Assembly (NCBI RefSeq): GCF_036588685.1
Contig: NC_086376.1
Coordinates: 71,403,630-71,467,629 of the forward strand
Origin: Mytilus trossulus
Taxonomy: Eukaryota
DNA length: 64,000 nt
Direction: 5' to 3'
Shown: one piece after another, positions 37,101 to 49,100 of the stretch
Numbering within the stretch: position 1 is the first letter of the stretch
Layout of the letters: every line of letters begins with the position of its first letter
Notes under the pieces: model-generated
The model's input: the letters and a program-made list of their open reading frames with translations, nothing else
Databases searched by the model: none
Told to the model about the DNA's origin: nothing
Translations under genes and position numbers: made by a program

Positions 37101-40100
37101 ATGATTTGATTTACAGTAAAACAAAATTGAAATTTATTTTAACTATGGTTTAGCATATGCCACAGCTTCATTTATTGTTTCATTCAGCCTGAAAATGCAG
37201 GAAATATTTGTAACTGGACATATTAAAAGAAAACAATCAATCTTTAAACTTATTATGCTTTGATCCCCCTTAGAATTGAAACTATATTTTTTTTAAATCT
37301 AACTTGCAAGATGAATTTGTTCTCAGGATTTTAAATGAGATGCTATCTTGCTGAATTGAAACAATTAAATTGAGAAAAGAAATAGGGAATGTGTCAAAGA
37401 GACAACAACCTGACCAAAGAGCAGAAAACAGTAAAAGGCCACAAACTGGTCGCACCTGAAGGCATGTTTCAGCTGGCCCCTTCACAAAAATGTGTACTAG
37501 TTCAGTGATAATGAATGTTTGATATGACTAGCATGTTGACATTAGCTCACACATTTTTATTTTACTTTGAGCCAAATGTAATGAGCTGTAGCCACTCACC
37601 TTAATACTCAGGGAAATAATAAAGTGTTGGAATCACCACTCGAATTCGAGTAGGGGTGTTCTCAAAATCACCATCTTTAAAATATACATATAAATATTAA
37701 CTATTTTGATTGATCACAATGTAGAAATTGAAGGGAAGTTAGCCAGTGTGGACACTGTAAAAAGTAGAAAGTTATGAAATAAAAACTCTGCCAAATTTCA
37801 TTAGCATTTCAAGGAAATGTCTGTATACTGAGTATAGACATTTTATACTGAAATCATGTGACCTATTAAAGACAATTTTCCCCTTAACTTTGCACCCTAT
37901 TTAATATTTTTAACCTCCACAGGAAAAAGTTTGGATGTCCGAATTTCTATTTCATCTGTAACAGGGCTAAAATTCTGAACACAAATATGCAATTTTGGTT
38001 AACCTGTGTTAGCAAGTGCTATTAGAAGTACAAACGAGTGGTTCTTTGATATTAAAAATAAACATATTCAAACAACTGTAACATTTAAGATTAATGTTTG
38101 TGCATGCAGTTAACTTCAAAATAATATGACTTTTCATTTAGATAATTTTCAATGGGAGCCAAATCTGGTCAACAGTACAGGGGTTTAACCATCTTACCTA
38201 CCCACACAAGTCTCACAAGGTTGGTCAGAGTAATATTTTGGTTTCTAAATAGTATATATAATTTTAAATGGTGAAGTAACAATCTTTTAGAATTTTTTTA
38301 AGGACAGACTTGTAGACAAGAGCTAAAAACTCCAGAATATGTAACAAGACAAACAAGTCCATATCAATTAAAATCAATAGTTATTCTGTAAATAAGTGTG
38401 TCAATAAATGAAAATATGCAATGAATATGGGAAACAAACAAAGTTGGTTACATCATAGCACCATTCTAAACAATAAAATAAAAATATAAACTGGCCACGA
38501 TAAGGTAAAGATTCCTATCTGCTAGCTAAAAAATTCATCCTTCAGCTGAATTTGAGATAGAAAGCACTGTAATCCACTCTCTCTCCTTTTCAGAAGTTTA
38601 TATTTTACATACCGACTTGTTTTGATTTCTAAGGACGTAAAAAATATTCATATAAGCAAAATGATCATTCATCATTTCAAAAATATCAGCCTTAACATTA
38701 AGTTAACCATATTCAAGTAATTTTTGTTAGACAACTTAAGTAAAACTATTGTAAAGTCAGAAATTATTGCATAGTTTTTATTATTGCAAAAAAAATGATA
38801 TATAAATTCGCATTTTAAAATTTGTTGTATGAATGAACAGGATTTTTATCAATATGACAAAAATAATTAAAATCACATTTCTAAGTTTAAAAAGACAAAA
38901 TCGCAATAATTAATGCACAAAAAATTTCTGAATTGAAAGTATCAATATGTCCCAATTTTGGTTATCTCCCTTGTTAAGTATCTAAATGAGAAATTACATT
39001 ATCTCCCTTGTTAAGTATCTAAATGAGAAATTACATTATCTCCCTTGTTAAGTAGCTAAATGAGAAATCACAGTTATCTCCCTTGTTAAGTATCTAAATG
39101 AGAAATCACATTTATCTCCCTTGTTAAGTATCTAAATGAGAAATCATATAACAGAACAAAACAGAACAAAGACAAAAAACAAAACTGCATGACCTGATAC
39201 CTTAACTATGTGGCAATCATTGGCAAAAAATCACCACACCCTGGAGAAAAGAAGTTGTTACAGTTACAATGGGAAATTGATTCAACCTGACAAGCATGCT
39301 CAAATGATCAGTTTTTAGATAAAATTTAACTTTGTTAACATTTTTTGTCTTCAAGTTATCTAAAACAATTCATGAGGCAAGTTTTCTTCAGAAATATATA
39401 CACTTCATCTAATTTTGTGATTATCTAAATTAATGTGTCATAATAAAGTTTTACATACTAATTCTTCTTTCATGTTTTGACTATATTTAACATCAATTTG
39501 AAAGATAGGATTTAAAAATAAAATGTCATTAAATTGAATGAAAACATGCAAATTAATAAATTAAATGACTCTCTTTCTTCTCCGAGTTAAATTCACGTGT
39601 ATTAGTATTCTGTTAGCTGATAAAACTGCAAATTTAAAAACAACTGCTGGATCATAATTTCTTGAACATATTGGCTCATTCCAAAAGTAAGCAACTTTCC
39701 ATAGAAAATATTATAAAAGTTTCTCTAATTCTTATTCCAGGTAGATCAAGAATTTTGCGTTTCAAATGCGTAGAAAAAGGCAAAGAAATAATTCACTGAT
39801 GATATGAAGAATGAAAAAATTCAGTCAAAAAACATAACAGAGGTGGCATTCAAAATTAACTCCATGGAAATGAGATGTACATAAATGTACTAACTTCATA
39901 CCAAGATGTTATTGACCCACCATAAACTGACATAATAACAAACTAGTTCATTACTGATGCAGCCATCATCAAAGCCGAGAACAGCACACCTTTTTTTTAA
40001 ACTTTGAAGGTGAGACAAAAACCTGATATCTGAATATATTTCTATCCATATTTCTATCCATATATATATATATAAAGCTCTATGGAATAATAAAATATAA

Positions 40101-43100
40101 ATTTCGAATAAACAAACATAATATGTCAAAAAGCTAAAACTATTTTAAATTTAAAAGAAATAAATACGACTTTTCTAGATATGAACTTACTGCCGGTATT
40201 ATATTAAAAATATTTCGGGAATTTTTCATTTTGGGCATCAGAAGATTATATATAATTCTATTTATAATATGACTAACAATTCTAGAGAAAGAATTTGTGA
40301 AAGCTCAGTCAATGATCAATTTTAATATGTGAGTTATATGGGCTTCTGTTGCATCTGTGTTTTGCATACCATTGTATCATTTGGGGGAGAAAATTGTCAT
40401 TAAATCAAACTATTTCTGATTATCAAAATGAAACATCAGTCCAGATTTTAAATTAAAAAAGAAATGTCTTTTTATTTTTATTCCCAGAAAGTTTTTATGA
40501 CTTCTGTAGACATGTGAAAAACTGTCCTTGCTTTATTATAAGAAACCTTGGGATTGGAATATATTAACTGATTCTTAATCTTGCAAATAAGTGAAGATAC
40601 TTATCTCACAAAAATATCCTTCTTTACATTGTATCACACTTTCTTCACAGGTGATATAAAAGTTAAGGTGGTACCTAACACCTTAACTAAAATTAATTTG
40701 GCTCGTTTAATTTTCTTAAAATTTTGACAAAGTATTTACTTTGACCCTTTGACAAAAATATAAAAAAAAAAAAAAAATTGAACTAACCGTTTAATCAGAA
40801 AAATTACACTGGTTATATAGCAGTTTGACAAACACTTATTTTGATCATTGAGAAGCTTAATATTCCCTTAAGAACACAACGTCATTAAAGCAATCTGCTG
40901 ATTTACAGAGTTATCTCCCTGTAGTGTTAGGTACCACCTAAATAAACAAGAGTGCACACGCTGAAATGTCTAGCCTTCTTTACTAATCATTGATATTATG
41001 TTGATAGACCTAAATATAAAGCTTTACTACAACTGTCACATAAACTCAACATTGATCAATAAACCATGAAAATGAGGTCAAGGTCAGATGAACCATGCCA
41101 GGCAGACATGTACAGCTAACAATTCTTCAAAACAACAAATATAGTTGACTTATTGCTAATAAATTAGGAAAAACAGACCAAAACACAAACACTTAACACT
41201 TAGTAATGGGTCGTGAAAATGAGGTCAAGGTCAAATAAAACCTGCGTAACAGACATATAGATCATAAAATATTTTCATACACCAAATATAGTTGACCTAT
41301 TTGCATAAAGTATTAGAAAAATAGTCCAAAACTCAAAAACTTAACTTTGACCACTGAACAATGAAAATGAGGTCAAGGTCAGATGACACCTGTCAGCTAG
41401 ACATGTACACCTTACAATCATTCCATACGCCAAATATAGCAGACCTATTGCATATAGTATAAGAAAAACAGACCAAAACACAAAAACTTAACTATAACCA
41501 CTGAACCATGAAAATGAGGTCAAGGTCAGATGACACCTGTCAGGTAGACATGTACACCTTACAATCATTCCATACACCAAATATAGTAGACCTATTGCAT
41601 ATAGTATAAGAAAAACAGACCAAAACACAAAAACTTAACTATAACTACTGAACCATGAAAATGAGGTCAAGGTCAGGTGACACCTGCCAGTTGGACATGT
41701 ACACCTTACAGTCCTTCCATACACCGAATATACTAGACCTATTGCTTATAGTATCTGAGATATGGACTTAACCACCAAAACTTAACCTTGTTCACTGATC
41801 CATGAAATGAGGTCGAGGTCAAGTGAAAACTGTCTGACGGGCATGAGGACCTTGCAAGGTACGCACATAACTAATATAGTTATCCAATTACTTATAATAA
41901 GAGAGAATTTAACATTACAAAAAATCTTAACTTTTTTTCAAGTAGTCACTGAACCATGAAAATGAGGTCAAGGACATTGGACATGTGACTGGTGGAAAGT
42001 TCGTAACATGAGGCATTTATATACAAAGTATGAAGCATCCAGGTCTTCTACCTTCTAAAATATAAAGCTTTTAAGAAGTTAGCTAACGCTGCCGCCCCCG
42101 TAGCCGCCGCCCCCGGATCACTATCCCTATGTCGAGCTTTCTGCAACAAAAGTTGCAGGCTCTACAAAAAGTATAGCTTTTCTGCTTATATGGAAAACAA
42201 ATTAAAATTAATAAAAAAGACTTCTATTAGAAAATAACATAGTTAAAACTTATTCTACTTTATTAAAAGTTAAAATGAGTATACAAGTAAATTAATGTAT
42301 TAAAAAAATCATTAATTATAAAAGTTAAAAGTAGAGTGAGAATTAGTTTTCCTCATAAAGCATGCACTGATTGTAAGAAAAGCAAAATATTTAGCAATCT
42401 ACAATGTAACAATGATATAACCTGTAGTCCAGGCCTTCAGTTCCTGATACCGTTTCAGCAAATCTTTCTGAAGATTTTTCACCTGGACAAATAAATTGTT
42501 TAATAAGCATATGTTAAAATCAAAGCTGTGCCGAAGGATAGTCCTCATGACAGCTGTTTCTCTTAACCTTTAACCTTTAACTTTTCTATTTTTTTCAATA
42601 ATATTTGTAAAAGAAAAGACAATATTTCATGACATCAAAACTCAATGTCATCTTGGAAATTTATTGAAAATACTATTAAAAAAATTTTCATCAAGCAAAT
42701 GTTCACCATATTTATACAATATATTCATATCAATAAGAAGATTTCCTTTTGATCAGAAATACGATTGACATAAAGGTGATAGTGAAAAGGTAAATATCTG
42801 GAAGGGACTGCAAAAACAGTGATTATATATCTAAGGCAGTGACATGCAAAGCATGTGGATACAAATATATGTAAGCTGTGTTGTTAAATATAATTAATAT
42901 TTTTTGGTTGCATTTATTAATATATACAAAAAAAAAAGAAAAAAGAACTCAATGTAACTATAGTCTATTACAATGTTTTTAATTATTTTAAACCATGCTA
43001 AAGAGGGGTAAAAAGGGAGGAAAGGTGAAATTTCAACACAAAGCAGCAGTATCAATCTTTCTACAAATCTATCTGAAGGGGGAGGAAAAGGTTGGCCACT

Positions 43101-46100
43101 TCTAATACATAACAAATAAAGGGAACTACTATGGTGGATAAGGTTTTCATAAGATGAATCACATCTCAACTGACAGGTAAACATTTATACATAGGAATCT
43201 ATGTCTAAATTACAATTACTTTGGAGTTGTCTATTAGAAGTAATAAATAAATTTTAAGCAAAGGACTTCCCAGTTTATATGATTCATGAAGTGCATGAGT
43301 GCTCAAATTTCAAACACTCATGTCTATTTTCAAGCAGTGACCATATATGTGTAATACACTCATGTATACATAGGGGAGATAATACGGCTATGTTATAATG
43401 GCTTACAATTTCCAAATCTCTCCTAGCAGCTTCCATTTCTTCCTGTGGTGTACCCTTTTGCTGTTTCCTTCTAGCATGCATCGATGATGTATGTAGTTTT
43501 ATCTTCTTTTCTAATTCTTTTATTCTTGCAGCTCTGAAGAAAAGTAAAATAAGTTATAACCTATATCCCTTGTTTTCACACCAATACAACTCCTGCTTAC
43601 TGATAGACAACTACGGTAGGTGTTAATAAAAACATGAAATTTTGTAAACTATGTAATCAAATTGATGCTGTTTCTTGCATGTTTTATGCATTTTATTTAT
43701 AAAAAATCGACTTTTAATAAATAAGAATCAAACCTTAAGATGCAATTAAACAGAGATTTGTTTATAAGATAATGGTCTTGTTGACAATCATACCACATCT
43801 CCTTGTATTTAATATAACATTCCATTTCTTCTTTATATTTTCAGATGTATGAAACTGATGAGTTTGAAAAGAAAAAGAGAAGGTATTTGGTCTCAGATGG
43901 AGAGTTGTCTCATTGACAACCATATCCCATAAAGTATTTTTAGAACCAATTTCTATGCATAGAATATCAACAATACTCATTACTACACTAATTCATATTT
44001 AACACTTATTCTAAAAGAAAATTGTGAAAGGATGACAATAATGTTATTCAATAAATGGTTAAAGCAGAAAATAAATGATTTTTATTACAACACTTAAACA
44101 TGATATATTCTGCAACATAATGAAAATGAAATGAAAGATTCGTATTAACTGGCAGATGTATTGAAATGTTCAGTAATTCACCATTTCCCAAACTAAAAGA
44201 AGAAACATTCAAAGATCAGAAAATAATTATTTATAAATGTTTCTGTTTAATAACTGTTTCATATTCCTTCGAAACCATGTTGGATAGAAACATGGTTTTT
44301 AAAGAAAGGTCATAATTAAAAATCAAATACATCAAAGTAAACTAAAAGTAATCTGTTAAAGCAGGATTGACTAAATATATACAGAGGTTTCTGGGGGATT
44401 AAGCTATTGTATTACATCTACACATTTCTTACTTTATTTCTGCACCACTACAAGTTGTAAAATACATGTATGTTACACTAACTTAAGTACAATATTCTAC
44501 ATTAATTGTCACACAAGAAATGTTAATGTCATGGGAAAGCTGTTCTTTCAACATAGATTTTCTGATATATACGACTTTTCAAAAACATACAGATCAAAAG
44601 CTAAATAATACAATTCCAGAGGGTGTAGGATTGGTATTTGTGTTTATTTTAGTGCAACTATAATAAGGAGAATTTTTGTGGAAATTAATTTTCATAATTT
44701 GAGTAAATTGTATACGGTTAAATTCTTGATTCATCATTACCCTGAAAGTCATTGGAAATTAATAACAATGTAAAATAATTAATCTTCAAAACATTCACTG
44801 CTGATGTCTTTAAAATGGTAATATGTCAGTGCACTGCTAGCTATTCCGGTCCTACCATGAAGAAAGTATTCTGTAAAATGGGTCTTTATGGTGTACAAAT
44901 GGGGAGGAGTTAGGCATTTGTTAGTACCACTATATCAAAATCAATCAAAAACATCATTAAATTGTATGGACATCTATTAAAATATAACTTAATCAAAGTT
45001 TCATGAAAAAGCTTTAAAAAATAATATCAAAATTCTTTATAAAATACCATTTTGTAACTTCTTTTGTAAATGAAATCTAAGTCTCAAACAAAACAATTGT
45101 CATGATCTATTCCTGTCATTGAGGCAACATATAAAACACTCAATGTATCAGACTTTAAAACTGACCTACTGGCTAATTTATATAATTGACACAAGTAGAC
45201 ACACAATAATTATTTATCCTTCAATTTTTGTTACAAGACAAAAATGACCTTTACAAAAGATAGACCTACTTTTCTTCCTCTACTTTCTGTCTGCTTGCTG
45301 GAGACAATTGACGTCTTAACCTTTCGTGGGCAGTCTTTACATCTTGCTGTAAAATATATATATTTGGTTAAACTAAAAATATATATTGTAAATTATTATA
45401 TTTCTGGCACAACTTTTTTCATAGACAGAAACCACAATTATTTTTTTATCAAAATGCAATCATATTTAATTGCAAAATCTCAAACCAAAGATTCCTTAAA
45501 CTACCAAACAATAACTTGCACAGATATTGAAATTTCATAAAAAATAAAAGTACATTGACCATTGCATACATTATTTTTCCTTGTGTTTTTTTCAATAATG
45601 TTATATCTTGTGATATACCCAATTAAATGTTTTTTTCCCCTCCTAAATCAAACGCTTAATTTATTTGAAAACTAACAAAACAGTTTTTTTTTTATAGACA
45701 AACTACTCTATCCAAAGAAGACACATTTTTGCATTCACATGTTTCTATATATATGTACCAATTTTACTTTCATTTTTTATTTTTTTTTAGAATGAAATAA
45801 AAATTAAACTTATTACTGAACATACAGAGGATAGATCTTCTAATTACACAGAAAAATCAACTCTCACATACGGAGATACACATTTAAGCAGGCCTTATTT
45901 GTAAAAATTACCAACCTTAATCCTTTCTTCGTTGGACATAACTTTAATATGATTCTCATCAATATCAAATGGTGCCTTTTCTACAGGATCTGTATAGTCT
46001 AAAAGATAGAATACAATAATGATAATCAAGAAAGGATGCCTTATACCCTAGAAAGTTATCTTTGGATTCCATATGTCTTGGTTTGTATGAAAATCATTGG

Positions 46101-49100
46101 CTTGTTTGTTTTTAATTCTTTGGTAATACTTTGTAGATTATACATCATACATCAATGGGAAATTTGAATTTAATGTTTGGCATTCTAATTTGGGGTTTGA
46201 TTAAACACAAAAATTCTTTGAAATTGGTACTCCATTAAAAAAAGAACTTTCACTCTTACATCACAACAGATTCTTCACTTGAACCTTGGAAATTGGCTTG
46301 ATTACCATAGACTGCTTTTAAAAATACTAGATTTTGATGTTTTCAGCCATTTTTATGCCATTTTACATTTTCATTAGCTGTATATATATTATAGTCAAAC
46401 ATCATAAGGAAGATTGATTTCATTAATAAAAACATTTCATACTTCATATAAGTAATTTTCATACCTTTTTTCCCTGATCTCATGATCTCAATTTGACGTT
46501 TCTGTTGTTTAATTTTTGTTTCATGTCTCCATTCTTTGAGAACATTTTCATCTCTGTAAATAAATATTCACATTTAGATAAAAAAATATATATCTAGTTT
46601 GTTTATTTGGTTGGGTTTTTTTTGTCACAGTTTTTTGTTGATTGTTTTGTACATATATTAGTGAACAGGAGGTTAGAGAAACATCTCTGTGTATAAAAAA
46701 AAAAAAAAAACAATTATGAACAGAATAATTTCTCTCTTTTTTCCTAATTTTTTTAATTCAAATCATAAACATTTATCTAAGCTTTTAAAATGTACAAACT
46801 TTCTTCTCTGCAATATGGCATCTGTTTTTTCTTTGAAATCTTTGACCTTGGCGAGCTGTCTTTCTTCGTTCATTTTAAAATGTACATAATCTGCTGGAGG
46901 GGGCTCTGGATAGGGGTTAACTTTCCATGATAACACACTGTTATTGGCTGACTGTCGTCTGCAAAATCAAATAGAAATACATTTCAATTACATGTAATTC
47001 CAATTATATTACCATTTTCACTTTCACGTTGTTGCCTGAAAAAAATATGCAATAGAATAATAAAAATGATGCGTCAATGGACTGCTGTGTCATTGATGTT
47101 TAATACACATCTTTTAGTAAGGTGTTTTCATACACAACACATGCAAGTTCAAAAAGGAGTTACCATTACCACATAAAGGAGTTTTACACATGTATTCATT
47201 CAATCATTCATAACAATGTTACAATATAATATCAATAAAAAATTCAACTATTTTTTTTCCATGAGGTGAATGTTCCTCTTTTAAATTTAACAATTCTTTT
47301 TATTTGTAAATGTTTTAACTTCTTAGTTTAATCATATAATTTACTGTGGATTCATTACTGGTATAAGTCATTTGATATACATTTTGGCAGATTAAGTGGG
47401 TACAGGCGATTTATCCTCTATCCTCGAAATTTGAATCCCCACAAAAATTAAATAAATCCACAGTGGCACATTTCAGCAAAATCTTAAAACATTCCTTATT
47501 AAGAAAAAGATAATTTTTACTATTCTGTTATTTCCTAATCTACCAAATTCAAATGCTGTTTTTCATTTAAAGAATTAAGAAGTCATTGAAAATGACAGAT
47601 CCTTGTAAAAAGATATGTGGTTTAGAATAAAGATTTATGAAAGTAAAAAAGAAATAGTTGCTCAATCCTCTCACAGTAAGAATAGAAGTATAAGTCAAAC
47701 CTCGTGTGATCTGGAACATATGGCTTTGTAAGTCTTTTCTTGGTGATCTTTATTTCTATCAGTGGAAAAATTGGATTTTGTTCCTCATGTTTTTTATTAA
47801 CCTGGTGGAAGCTGAACAAAGACAGAGGAGAAAAACAGAGAAGATATAGAAAGAAAAACAAAGAAGATAGAGTAAGAAAAACAGAGAAGAAAGAGTATAT
47901 AGGAAATCAAAGAGAAAAGATGTGTAAAAGATATATAAAAAAGAAAGATGACATAAAAAGAAAAATAATGAATGATAGGTCCTCTAGACTATTACGTTTA
48001 TGAAATTATGAAAAATGAGGTCAAAATAAAGATCATGGTGCTTAAATCTCAGAGAATCATATTAATTCAACCCTAAAATTAAATTTAAAAGGTAATTAAA
48101 AAATAGAAGAAAAAAAAAGGAAACAGTCCTAGTTAGATTAAAATTTATAAATAAATGAAATGCAAACCTGTAGTCACCACTCTGATGATTTCGGCGCGAG
48201 ATACTAACACGGATGGTTGGAAAGTGAGTCCTTACTTTGTTTCTTTCATTGAGGCAGTGAAAGCTAAGAAACAAGAGTAGAGAAAGAAAGTAAGAAGGAA
48301 CAAAGAAAGAAGATATAAAAAGAAAGCAGTAAACAGAAGGAAATAGTCATTTATAAGAGTGAGTTTGACTGAATCAACATTAAGCTTGGTTGTGTATATT
48401 TAGGCTAAAATGCTTAAGTTCTACACGGAACGATAAATTATATATATGTTCCTGCAAAATTCTCAGTACCTATCAACCAAGCTAGCATTAGAATCCTACA
48501 AACTGCTTAATATACATTTTTTGTACCATGACTATACAAACTGCTAAATATACCATAACCACTTACATTTTACATTAATTCTACTTTTAGGCACTTTAAA
48601 TGGAACTTTATAAAAATTCCCACTGTAGCAGCATATAAGTTTCACACCACATCATAATGCAGTAATAAAAAGAATTCCAACAACAGTTATTCACACCAGG
48701 TATTACAATACAGAATCTAGTTCTGCAATACATGTACCACCATTCTTCACACTGCGTTACTTTACACAATATTATACATCATTCAGCAGAAGTTATATAC
48801 CTTTTGCCAGCAGTTCACACTTAATAAATGCACACTGCAGCATTTCACACTCTATGATTTCACACTATAATTTCACACTTTACCTGACAGTGTTTTGTCT
48901 ACTAGTAAATGTACTCTGTCTCGTGAGTAAGTACCTACTAGAATCATTTCTTCTGTTGGAAATAAGACCCCTACGTAGAAATGTATTTATGAATAAAATA
49001 CAAATCAATCTAATAACTTTGGAAGATTTTTTAATGGAAAATGTTAATAAAATATTTTACTTAGTTAAAGAAGCATTCTACTAAAACATTTTTTGAAGTA

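Noticed and set aside
13143-43407. Chimeric LRR-to-B-box transcript (phase-0 donor at 43407 to phase-0 acceptor at 13143)
   Set aside because: The phase match alone has a one-in-three chance. It would need to skip two terminal exons over 30 kb, and there is no supporting signal.
47740-48003. Lys/Arg-rich plus-strand ORF
   Set aside because: It is the complement of the long polypyrimidine tract of a minus-strand intron.
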